A stretch of 16,675 nucleotides of DNA from Candidatus Hermodarchaeota archaeon (GTDB taxonomy: Archaea > Asgardarchaeota > Lokiarchaeia > Sigyniarchaeales > SOKP01): NCBI GenBank assembly GCA_048885535.1, contig JBHLLO010000038.1:10044-26718 (forward strand), written 5' to 3'. The notes under the pieces were generated by a model. The model had not been told where the DNA came from. It saw nothing but the letters and a program-made list of their open reading frames with translations, and searched no databases. The translations under genes were made by a program, and so were the position numbers. This document shows, one piece after another, positions 1-7,547 of the stretch (within the stretch, counting starts at the first letter, position 1; each line of letters starts with the position of its first letter).

Positions 1-257
1 TTGCTATGGTATTTAAAGATTTTAAGCCATTGTTCGTCGGTTAATTCTAACCTGTTTCTAGCTGAATCAGTCGACAATTCGTTACTAGAAGCTATAAAGT
101 AACAATGATTACATCTTAAATTGCATTGCCATGTTAAATCATAGTTAACCCCTAGCGGGATATTTTTAGTTTTATGTTTTAAGAAGTAAAATCCCCCATG
201 AATTCCTTTTTTAATGTTTTTCGGTGTTAATAATTTAGACTTAGAATTTGATTTCAT
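1..257 (-). CDS. Radical SAM protein, N-terminal part (runs off the window edge)
   Basis: Not in the ORF track. Manual translation from ATG at 257 (alternative TTG at 263) gives MKSNSKSKLLTPKNIKKGIHGGFYFLKHKTKNIPLGVNYDLTWQCNLRCNHCYFIASSNELSTDSARNRLELTDEQWLKIF..., with the CxxxCxxC motif (CNLRCNHC) in a typical 'LTxxCNLRCxHCY' context and 'ELTxEQW' downstream. Open to position 1. Confidence 0.88.
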   Translation of the reverse strand, partial: MKSNSKSKLLTPKNIKKGIHGGFYFLKHKTKNIPLGVNYDLTWQCNLRCNHCYFIASSNELSTDSARNRLELTDEQWLKIFKYHS

Positions 258-265
258 TTTCAAAT

Positions 266-1087
266 TTATTCATCGTTTATTGAAATATAATACCTAAATT
301 TACCATTAGGATCATCAATTTGCCAACAATGAAAAAATTCAAACATTATTTTAGTTTCCCATAGAGAATCAATACTTTTTATGCCATTATGAAGATCTGT
401 TAAAAGGGTAATATCACAAGGGTAATTTCTATGAGAAGGATAAAGCTCCGTAATTTCTTGCTTTTCACATAAATCTATAAGTTTAGAGAGAGTTCCAAGT
501 ACTTGCGGGAAATTATCTTTTTTCGGTAAAAATTGATCTCCATAATATGCTACATCACTTGTGAATAGTTCATTATTACTTGTTAGTAGACATATAGAGC
601 CTGGAGAATGTCCTGGACAGTGAATAACCTCAATGGTAATTCCATCTAAATCAAAAAGATCTCCATCCTTTAAGGTTTTAATACTTTCTGCGGGATGTAT
701 TAAAAAATTTTGTTTGGCGTAGATATTTACTATTTCATTTGGAGAATCTTTAAAGTATGATACATCATATGGTTTTGAAACTATATCCTTTTCGTTTTCA
801 TGAACATGAACTTCATCAAATTCGATGTTACCAAGTATATGGTCCCAGTGTGTGTGAGTATTTACCACCAATAGCTTCCTTTTACCAATCAGTTTGTCAA
901 CAATTGGTTTTAGAGGATATAATCCACATCCAGTATCAAGTAAAACAGCAGAGTGACTTCCTAATATTAAATACATATTAAGAGGATCATTAGTATAAAC
1001 AGGATGAACAATAGAGATATTTTCTTGAATCACATATAGATAATCCTTATGTTTTACAATTTTGAAATATTCGTTCTTTACTTTCAT
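266..1087 (-). CDS. MBL-fold metallo-hydrolase (glyoxalase II-like)
   Basis: Motifs LLDTG, THTHWDHILG (HxHxDH), PGHSPGS, LFTSD and YPSH. Its stop is only a few bases upstream of the radical SAM start, suggesting an operon. Confidence 0.9.
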   Translation of the reverse strand: MKVKNEYFKIVKHKDYLYVIQENISIVHPVYTNDPLNMYLILGSHSAVLLDTGCGLYPLKPIVDKLIGKRKLLVVNTHTHWDHILGNIEFDEVHVHENEKDIVSKPYDVSYFKDSPNEIVNIYAKQNFLIHPAESIKTLKDGDLFDLDGITIEVIHCPGHSPGSICLLTSNNELFTSDVAYYGDQFLPKKDNFPQVLGTLSKLIDLCEKQEITELYPSHRNYPCDITLLTDLHNGIKSIDSLWETKIMFEFFHCWQIDDPNGKFRYYISINDE

Positions 1088-1198
1088 AACTCAAATATTG
1101 GATATAGCAGATTTAATTATAATAGTTTATTAAATTATTTAATTGTTTAAATTAAATTAAATTAATTTGATGTTAAAAACTAAATATTGATGATTTGT

Positions 1199-2353
1199 AT
1201 GGATTTTTCATTAACTGAGAAACAAAAAATGATTAGAGAGAAAACCAGAGAATTTTGTGAACAATTTATAATTCCAGTAGCCGAAGAGTCTGATCAAAAA
1301 TCTGAATTAGACCCAAATGTTATGAAAAAAATGAAAGAAATGAACTATTTTGGCTCATGTATCCCTGAAGAATATGGTGGCGCGGGTCTACATAATGATA
1401 CAATAGCTTTTTCTATCATCACTGAAGAAATAGGTAGAGTAGATGCATCATGGTCTATTACTACTGGAGTTCATTGCAGTGTTTGCACTTACCCTGTTTA
1501 TAAATTTGGGACTGAAGAACAAAGGCAGAAATTTCTTATTGATCTTGCTAAAGGAAATAAAATCGGCGCATTTTGTTTAACTGAAGCAAATGCAGGATCT
1601 GATGCCGGCGGTGTGCAACTAACAGCTGAAAAAGATAAAGATGAGTACATACTAAATGGAAGTAAGATTTTTGCTACTAATGGCGGGATTGCTGAGACAT
1701 TGTTAGTGGTTGCTAAAACGGGCGAAAAAGGAGCTAGGAAAGAGCTAACTATCTTTATTGTAGATACTGACACCCCAGGTTATTCGGTAGGAGTAAAAGA
1801 GGATAAATTAGGTGTGAGAGCCTCAAATACCTCTGAATTGGTGTTTGATAATGTTAGAGTTCCTCAAGAGAATATTTTAGGACAACTAGGAGCTGGATTT
1901 AAATTGGGTTTACAAATACTTGATTATGGAAGGATATCTATTGCTTCTCAATGTCTTGGTCTAGCCCAAGGCTGTTTAGAGGCAGCTATTAAATATGCAA
2001 ATGAAAGAGAGCAATTTGGAAAAAAAATTGCTGCTTTTCAAGGAATTCAATGGAAGATTGCTGATATAAGTACTGCGGTGGAATCTTCTCGACTATTAAC
2101 TTATAAGGCAGCGTGGATGTGCGATAAAGGAATGGATTATGGGTTAGCTGCATCAATGGCTAAATTGGTTGCATCAGAAGCAGGAATGATGGCAGCACAT
2201 CAGGCAGTTCAAATTCATGGAGGATATGGATTAATGAAGGCTTATCCAGTAGAAAGGATGTTTCGTGATGCGAAAATGGGTGAGATTTATGAGGGTACAA
2301 GCGAAATCCAGAGAATGGTTATTGCAAATCACATGTTAAGAAAAAGCTTCTAA
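1199..2353 (+). CDS. Acyl-CoA dehydrogenase (short-chain/butyryl-CoA dehydrogenase-like)
   Basis: MDFSLTE N-terminus, IPEEYGG, FCLTEANAGSD, LNGSKIFATNG, KLGVRAS, GRISIA, REQFGKKI, QIHGGYG and IYEGTSEIQR (catalytic Glu). The ATG at 1199 is preferred over the ORF-track TTG at 1187. Confidence 0.95.
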   Translation: MDFSLTEKQKMIREKTREFCEQFIIPVAEESDQKSELDPNVMKKMKEMNYFGSCIPEEYGGAGLHNDTIAFSIITEEIGRVDASWSITTGVHCSVCTYPVYKFGTEEQRQKFLIDLAKGNKIGAFCLTEANAGSDAGGVQLTAEKDKDEYILNGSKIFATNGGIAETLLVVAKTGEKGARKELTIFIVDTDTPGYSVGVKEDKLGVRASNTSELVFDNVRVPQENILGQLGAGFKLGLQILDYGRISIASQCLGLAQGCLEAAIKYANEREQFGKKIAAFQGIQWKIADISTAVESSRLLTYKAAWMCDKGMDYGLAASMAKLVASEAGMMAAHQAVQIHGGYGLMKAYPVERMFRDAKMGEIYEGTSEIQRMVIANHMLRKSF

Positions 2354-2408
2354 AGAAAGGAAATTTTACTTTTCTCTTTTTGTTTATCTAATTATATCTA
2401 TTAAGGTA

Positions 2409-2894
2409 TTATTCATTATTCATATTTCTCTCTGATTCATTAAACTCTTCTATTGAAATGAATCCTTTTGAGATTAATTTCTTTTTAATTTGCTCTAAAA
2501 GAAAATTCTTGCTAGAAAATTTTAATTTTTGAAGATGATTCTCTAATTCCTCAACTTTTTTTTTAAGATTAATATTTTCAAGCTTAATCTGAGACATTTT
2601 TTTACTCTTTAACTTAAACTTGTTATCAATTTCCTTAATTTCTTTACTATAAAAATTTAATTTTAATTCCAACTTTTTTAAGGTATTTTTTAATTTATTT
2701 ACCTCTTCTTTAGCGTAATCTAATTTGGCTTTAGATTCTCGATATCTAGTATCGTTCTCTTTTGAGGTTTCATTAAGTTCATTAATTATTTCATTCTTTT
2801 CTTTAATATCTAAATCTTTTTGGATTAATATTTGTTCTAAATTCATCATCATTTCATTAATATCTTCTTTCTTGTATGGCCAATCGATTGACAT
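2409..2894 (-). CDS. Coiled-coil protein with N-terminal DWPY motif and SHOCT-like C-terminus (paralog A)
   Basis: Lys/Glu/Leu heptad-rich. Start moved to the ATG at 2894 (MSIDWPY...) because it aligns without gaps with MSDDWPY of 4565..5047. C-terminus is IKKKLISKGFISIEEF. Confidence 0.75.
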   Translation of the reverse strand: MSIDWPYKKEDINEMMMNLEQILIQKDLDIKEKNEIINELNETSKENDTRYRESKAKLDYAKEEVNKLKNTLKKLELKLNFYSKEIKEIDNKFKLKSKKMSQIKLENINLKKKVEELENHLQKLKFSSKNFLLEQIKKKLISKGFISIEEFNESERNMNNE

Positions 2895-2991
2895 CGTAAA
2901 ATTTATCCTTTCTTTATTAAAAGTTACTAATAATATGGAAAACAAGTAAATATAATTGAAAAATTAAAGATAAGGAATGAAACTAATTATT

Positions 2992-4362
2992 TCAAATTTT
3001 CCTCATTTTCATTAACGTTCTTTTTTTAAAGATAGAATTCAGTAAATTTTTTTGATTATCAGTCAATAATAATGGATTCATTTCAGAAACAACTTCTTTT
3101 TTTAGAATTTGATACGCTTTATCATCTTTATTCGAGATAATTTTATGAATTGTAATAATCGGAATAGTTGGAGTTATTAAACAGTAATAACAAAAACACC
3201 GTTTCTTTGTGATATCCAGGATTTCTAATAACTTTTCCACACTCGCATCACTGTCGACTATTAACTCAATTTGATAATTATCGATCATTGGAACGTTGTC
3301 TTCAATTCCAAAACCAGTCGTTAAATCAATATATTGCTTTACTTTTATTTTCATACTTCTTAATTCGATTCCTTCGAGTGCTGCCCATTTAGCATATCCT
3401 GCACAGAAATTTCCAGCTAATCCAGCCATACAGAGATGAACTGGATGAAATGAAGTTCCTCCACCTCCCAAAATTATTGTTTCATCTGTTTGAATAAGTA
3501 TATCTCCTGCCCGCTCAGTTGATAATGTTGTTTGATATTGAGGACCATATTCTACATCCAATCTCCACGTACCCTCAATGTCTAAAACTTTTTTACATAG
3601 AGATCGATTTTTTGAATACTCATTCTGAATATTCTTAAATCCCTCTATATTTATTCTATTTAATTTTTGACTTTTAGCATCAGATTTTCTATCCTCTAAT
3701 TTCAAACTCTGACTTTCATCAATAATATATTCTTTTTTTAAGATTACATTTGGAAAAATTGGAGTTGCTGCACAATAATAACAAAAACATCTTTTTTTCG
3801 TAAGTTCTAAAATTTCACGCAATTTTTCCATATTAGTATCGCTTTCAATGAAAAGATCCAAATGATAGCTATCTATCATGGGAACACCATCTTCAATTCC
3901 AAAACTACTTGTTAAATCAATATCGGCTCTGGCTTTAATTTTTAAGATTTTCAATTCTATTTCTTGCATAGCTGCCCATTTAGCGAAAGCTGCTGTAAAA
4001 CACCCTCCAAATCCTGCCATACATAGAGAAATCGGATGGATTGCTGTCCCTCCTCCTCCTAGCATTATGATTTCATCGGTTTGAACAAGAATTTCACCTG
4101 CCCTTTCAGTCCTTAGTGGCATTTCAAATTGTGGTCCATATTGAACATCTAATCTCCATTTTCCTTCAACCTCTAAATACTTTTTACATAGAGAGTGATC
4201 CTGAGTGTATTTTCTTTGAATTTCCTTAAAACCTTCTAGATTAATCCTATTAATAATTTGCTTCTTCTTAATCTCTGAAGCTTTACTTTCATAGTAAAGC
4301 ATTTTTTCTTCAAGTTTCTTTAAGATCTCACTAAAACTTTCTTTATCTGTTTGATCTTCCAT
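2992..4362 (-). CDS. Tandem-duplicated OsmC/Ohr-like protein
   Basis: Two repeats, each with TDE-x3-LGGGGT-x2-HP-x2-LCMAG...AKWAA-x2-IEL and a C-terminal KRCFCYYC. This resembles the OsmC-family 'DEPxxLGGxxxxPxxxxLxxLxxC...RCP' pattern. An AGGTG RBS-like motif lies upstream. Confidence 0.8.
   Translation of the reverse strand: MEDQTDKESFSEILKKLEEKMLYYESKASEIKKKQIINRINLEGFKEIQRKYTQDHSLCKKYLEVEGKWRLDVQYGPQFEMPLRTERAGEILVQTDEIIMLGGGGTAIHPISLCMAGFGGCFTAAFAKWAAMQEIELKILKIKARADIDLTSSFGIEDGVPMIDSYHLDLFIESDTNMEKLREILELTKKRCFCYYCAATPIFPNVILKKEYIIDESQSLKLEDRKSDAKSQKLNRINIEGFKNIQNEYSKNRSLCKKVLDIEGTWRLDVEYGPQYQTTLSTERAGDILIQTDETIILGGGGTSFHPVHLCMAGLAGNFCAGYAKWAALEGIELRSMKIKVKQYIDLTTGFGIEDNVPMIDNYQIELIVDSDASVEKLLEILDITKKRCFCYYCLITPTIPIITIHKIISNKDDKAYQILKKEVVSEMNPLLLTDNQKNLLNSIFKKRTLMKMRKI
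3181..4254 (-). repeat. Intragenic duplication with a 591-nt (197-aa) period
   Basis: NRINLEGFK (Asn codon 4249-4251) vs NRINIEGFK (3658-3660), and the last Cys of CFCYYC at 3772-3774 vs 3181-3183. Both offsets are 591 nt. Confidence 0.9.
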
Positions 4363-4366
4363 AATG

Positions 4367-4371
4367 CACCT
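4367..4371 (-). promoter_or_regulatory. Putative Shine-Dalgarno (AGGTG) for the OsmC-like gene
   Basis: The minus strand reads ...AAGGAGATAGGAAAGGTGCATTATG, placing AGGTG 4 nt before the ATG at 4362. Confidence 0.5.
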
Positions 4372-4564
4372 TTCCTATCTCCTTATTCAACCAATAAAGA
4401 TTTGTATAGATAAATAATCTAAATTCCTTTTTTTCTAATTATTGATAAAAGTACGATTTTTTATAATTAACGAGTTTATTATTTAAACGATAAAATAAAC
4501 TAAAAATTTAAAAATCAGACAGACCTCATCAAGAAATAAAATACTTAAATCAGATTAAGGGAAT

Positions 4565-5047
4565 TTATATTTCCTCTCCTTTCTCTAACTTTTCATACTC
4601 TTTATCAGAAAGAAAGCCTTTCTGAGTTAGAATTTCTTTTATTTTTTTGACAATTTCATGAGATTTAGAGTCAGATAAATCTTGAATCTGTTTTTCCTTT
4701 TTGGAGATTGACTCTTTTAATTCCTTACTTTCTAAATTTAATTTAGACAATTCTTCCTCTTTTTGCTTTAATTTATTTAATAAAGTTTCCTTCTCTAAAA
4801 TTAAGGCAGATAATTTTGTGTTTGATGAAATTAATTTCTCTTCCACTTCTGACATTTTTTGTGTAGCAAATTCTAATTTCGCTTCGAGTTCGTTAATTTT
4901 ATTTCTTGATAATTCTAAATTTTTGTTTAAATTGTCTATTTTTTCACTTTTTTGCTTTAATTCAGTCTCTTTTTGAGATATGAGTTTCTCAAAATCTTCG
5001 ATTATTTGTTCAGGATCACGTGGAGTATAAGGCCAATCGTCTGACAT
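4565..5047 (-). CDS. Coiled-coil protein with N-terminal DWPY motif and SHOCT-like C-terminus (paralog B)
   Basis: MSDDWPY start, a long heptad region and C-terminal IKEILTQKGFLSDKEYEKL. Paralog of 2409..2894. Confidence 0.8.
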   Translation of the reverse strand: MSDDWPYTPRDPEQIIEDFEKLISQKETELKQKSEKIDNLNKNLELSRNKINELEAKLEFATQKMSEVEEKLISSNTKLSALILEKETLLNKLKQKEEELSKLNLESKELKESISKKEKQIQDLSDSKSHEIVKKIKEILTQKGFLSDKEYEKLEKGEEI

Positions 5048-5182
5048 TTTTCTTCATCATTAAATTATTTAACTTCGTTTATTTTAGCTAGAAAAAGATT
5101 ATATCAATCTAGAGTTTAATTGTTATGTTAATAAGATTATTATAAATTCTTCTTTTAAATATTTCTACCACAATTAACCCAC

Positions 5183-5587
5183 TTAATTCTTGGTTTGATT
5201 ATATTCTTTTAAAGAATCAAGGATTTCTTCTTCAAATCCTAAAAATGGCTTTATATTACAATCCCAATCGTCAAAGATATCTGGAGGGTAGGTATTAAAG
5301 AACTTATCAATAATTTTATCTAATTCTCTAATGATTTTCTTTTCTTTTTTCTTCTCTGAACTATCAGTCACAAATAAAAGATTCTTCTTCTTTTTTATAT
5401 AAATGGTTTTATCACTGATTACAAAATTAGAAATAATATCCTCAAATAATCCTTTTTCAGCAAAAGCATTAAGGGAAGAAATAATTGCTCCAAAAAGCTG
5501 TTCGTCAATGATCGGATCATATTTTCGATGGAAGATAACTGATCCAGTATTAGTCAGTATCCAAATATTTTGTAAAATTTTTCCCAT
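5183..5587 (-). CDS. Stand-alone longin-like (profilin-like fold) protein, Asgard type
   Basis: beta-beta-alpha-beta-beta-beta-alpha pattern: IWILTNTGSVIF, DEQLFGAIISSLNAF, short strands, LDKIIDKFFNTY and terminal WDCNIKPFLGF. Homologous to 9698..10096. Confidence 0.65.
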   Translation of the reverse strand: MGKILQNIWILTNTGSVIFHRKYDPIIDEQLFGAIISSLNAFAEKGLFEDIISNFVISDKTIYIKKKKNLLFVTDSSEKKKEKKIIRELDKIIDKFFNTYPPDIFDDWDCNIKPFLGFEEEILDSLKEYNQTKN

Positions 5588-5685
5588 AATATCTTTAATT
5601 TCTCAATTTCTTTAAAAATAAATCCTTCCTCTATAATTAGGTGGAAATAATTCATATTTTTAAATAATATGATTTAGTAAAAAAA

Positions 5686-6555
5686 TTAAATTTGTTTTAA
5701 TGATTCAGAAAGAGAAACAGTATTATATTCCTCATCAATTTTTAAAATATCCTTTGCTTGCATTTGCTTAATTATTCTTAATGCTAAAATTGGAGGTAAT
5801 TCAATTTGATTTTTTAAGTCATCTAAATTATAAATTTGGCTTTCAATAAGTTTTAAGATAATCTCGAATTCAGGAATTTTATCATCTGAATTTTCAATTA
5901 AAAATAATGTAAAGAAATTATTACTCTTAAACTCGGTAAATTCATCCTCCATTTCAAGAATCTTATTTGAACAATCTTTTTTTGAGTCTTCTATTTTTTT
6001 TAAATTCATTGAATCCAATTCTTTTACTTTTTTTTCATTTTCAATTTTAAATTCTTCTAAATTTTTAGAATGAATTGTTAATACTTGTTTTTGCTTATCT
6101 TCATTATTTTTTTTCTTTTGCTCTAAAACTTCCTTCTCAGATTCCTTAGCAGAAATGTTTGATACCACTTTCGCTAATTCCAATTTATACTCCTGTAACT
6201 CTTTATTACTTTCAAGTAATTCATTATCAATTTTATTATAAGTTTTTTCTAAATTCTCAATTTCCAAGATTATTTCATTAGTTTTTTTCTTTAAATTTTG
6301 GATATTTTTATTAAGTTCTTCATATTGAATTTGTAATTTGAATAAATTAGTATCTAAATCACGGACTTCATCCTCTAACTTTATGTTTTCACCTTTTTCT
6401 TCATTCAATTTATTTAAAACTCCTCTTAAATTCTCAATTAACTTTTCACTGTTATCTTGAAAGGATTGATCACCTTTTTCATTGCTAGAAATCAGAAATA
6501 ATTGCTGTATAATTTTCTGTGAAAATTGTTCAATTAAATCGAGATACATGCTCAT
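5686..6555 (-). CDS. Long coiled-coil protein with putative C-terminal winged-helix domain
   Basis: Heptad-rich region over about aa 35-210, then EFEIILKLIESQIYNLDDLKNQIELPPILALRIIKQMQAKDILKIDEEYNTVSL (three helices plus a beta-hairpin). Confidence 0.65.
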   Translation of the reverse strand: MSMYLDLIEQFSQKIIQQLFLISSNEKGDQSFQDNSEKLIENLRGVLNKLNEEKGENIKLEDEVRDLDTNLFKLQIQYEELNKNIQNLKKKTNEIILEIENLEKTYNKIDNELLESNKELQEYKLELAKVVSNISAKESEKEVLEQKKKNNEDKQKQVLTIHSKNLEEFKIENEKKVKELDSMNLKKIEDSKKDCSNKILEMEDEFTEFKSNNFFTLFLIENSDDKIPEFEIILKLIESQIYNLDDLKNQIELPPILALRIIKQMQAKDILKIDEEYNTVSLSESLKQI

Positions 6556-7406
6556 TTATTGAATTCAACCTCCTTCTGTAAAGTTAATACTCCATTCTTT
6601 GAATCAAAATTAACAGGTCCACCTTTTTCTATCATATTTTTCACAATAATCTCTGCTTTTTTTACATCTAAATTCAATGTTTGGCATATAAATTTTAAAT
6701 CTAAAGGTTGATTTTTCTCTAAAGCTTTAATAAAATTATAAAGGTCAGAATGGATTAACCCATTTTTAATCAATAAACTCATAGCTTTTATTTTTAGTTT
6801 TTCAGCATTAACTTTATCTAAACGTTCATTATACCTTTTTAGTTCCTCAGTTTCAAATTCCTTTAATTTCTGTTCAATTTCTTCCTCTTTTTTGGTAAAA
6901 ATTTGATTATATTCTGATTTTAAAGTATTGACATCACGATTAAATTTTTCTTCCAATTTCGATATTTCTTGGATTTTTTCTTCAACAAGATTCCAAGATT
7001 TATTAAGTTCTAATTCAATGTCTCTAAGAATTTGTATTTTTTTATTAAATTCTGAGCTAATTTTCTTAATCTCTTGGCGAACCTCATCTAATTCCTTCTC
7101 TTTTGGTTCTAATTCACTTTTAACTTCCATATGTTTTTTAGAATATTCCTTAAATTCTAACTCTAGTTTTGGAATCTCTTGATTAAGTTGAAATATTTCA
7201 TTCTTTAAGTTTTCAATTCCATCTTTATTTGATTTTATCTTCTGAAGATTACTATTTTTCTCCTTATTAAAGCTTTCAATTGCGTTAAAAATTTCATTTG
7301 CTTCTGCTTCTAACTTAAGCTTATCGTCTTTAACTGAATCATTTATTCTATTTATTAAATTGAAGATTTCTTTTAAATTTGGAATTAAGTCAATTAATTG
7401 AGACAT
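6552..7406 (-). CDS. Long coiled-coil protein with putative C-terminal winged-helix domain
   Basis: Heptad-rich over about aa 10-212, then LYNFIKALEKNQPLDLKFICQTLNLDVKKAEIIVKNMIEKGGPVNFDSKNGVLTL. Its TGA stop overlaps the next ATG (ATGA, 6552-6555). Confidence 0.65.
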   Translation of the reverse strand: MSQLIDLIPNLKEIFNLINRINDSVKDDKLKLEAEANEIFNAIESFNKEKNSNLQKIKSNKDGIENLKNEIFQLNQEIPKLELEFKEYSKKHMEVKSELEPKEKELDEVRQEIKKISSEFNKKIQILRDIELELNKSWNLVEEKIQEISKLEEKFNRDVNTLKSEYNQIFTKKEEEIEQKLKEFETEELKRYNERLDKVNAEKLKIKAMSLLIKNGLIHSDLYNFIKALEKNQPLDLKFICQTLNLDVKKAEIIVKNMIEKGGPVNFDSKNGVLTLQKEVEFNK

Positions 7407-7547
7407 TTTTATTCTTACTTTAAAATTTAAATAGACTTTCTAATAATATAGAAAAATGCCATTATTAAAATCTTCTTATTCAGAAAGAAATTTACTCAAT
7501 TACAAGATAATATGAAACTAAAAAATTTTTAAAAGGCAAGAAATAAT

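Noticed and set aside
1110-1170. AATTA-type short repeats in the divergent promoter between the MBL and acyl-CoA dehydrogenase genes
   Set aside because: This is low-complexity AT sequence that cannot be distinguished from background.
2895-2945. ORF-track N-terminal extension (MFSILLVTFNKERINFT) of the DWPY protein
   Set aside because: The paralog alignment places the true start at the ATG at 2894. The extension uses a TTG start and is probably untranslated.
5686-7406. Annotation of the coiled-coil proteins as SMC/Rad50 or myosin
   Set aside because: There are no Walker motifs, hinge or zinc hook. Any similarity would be compositional only.
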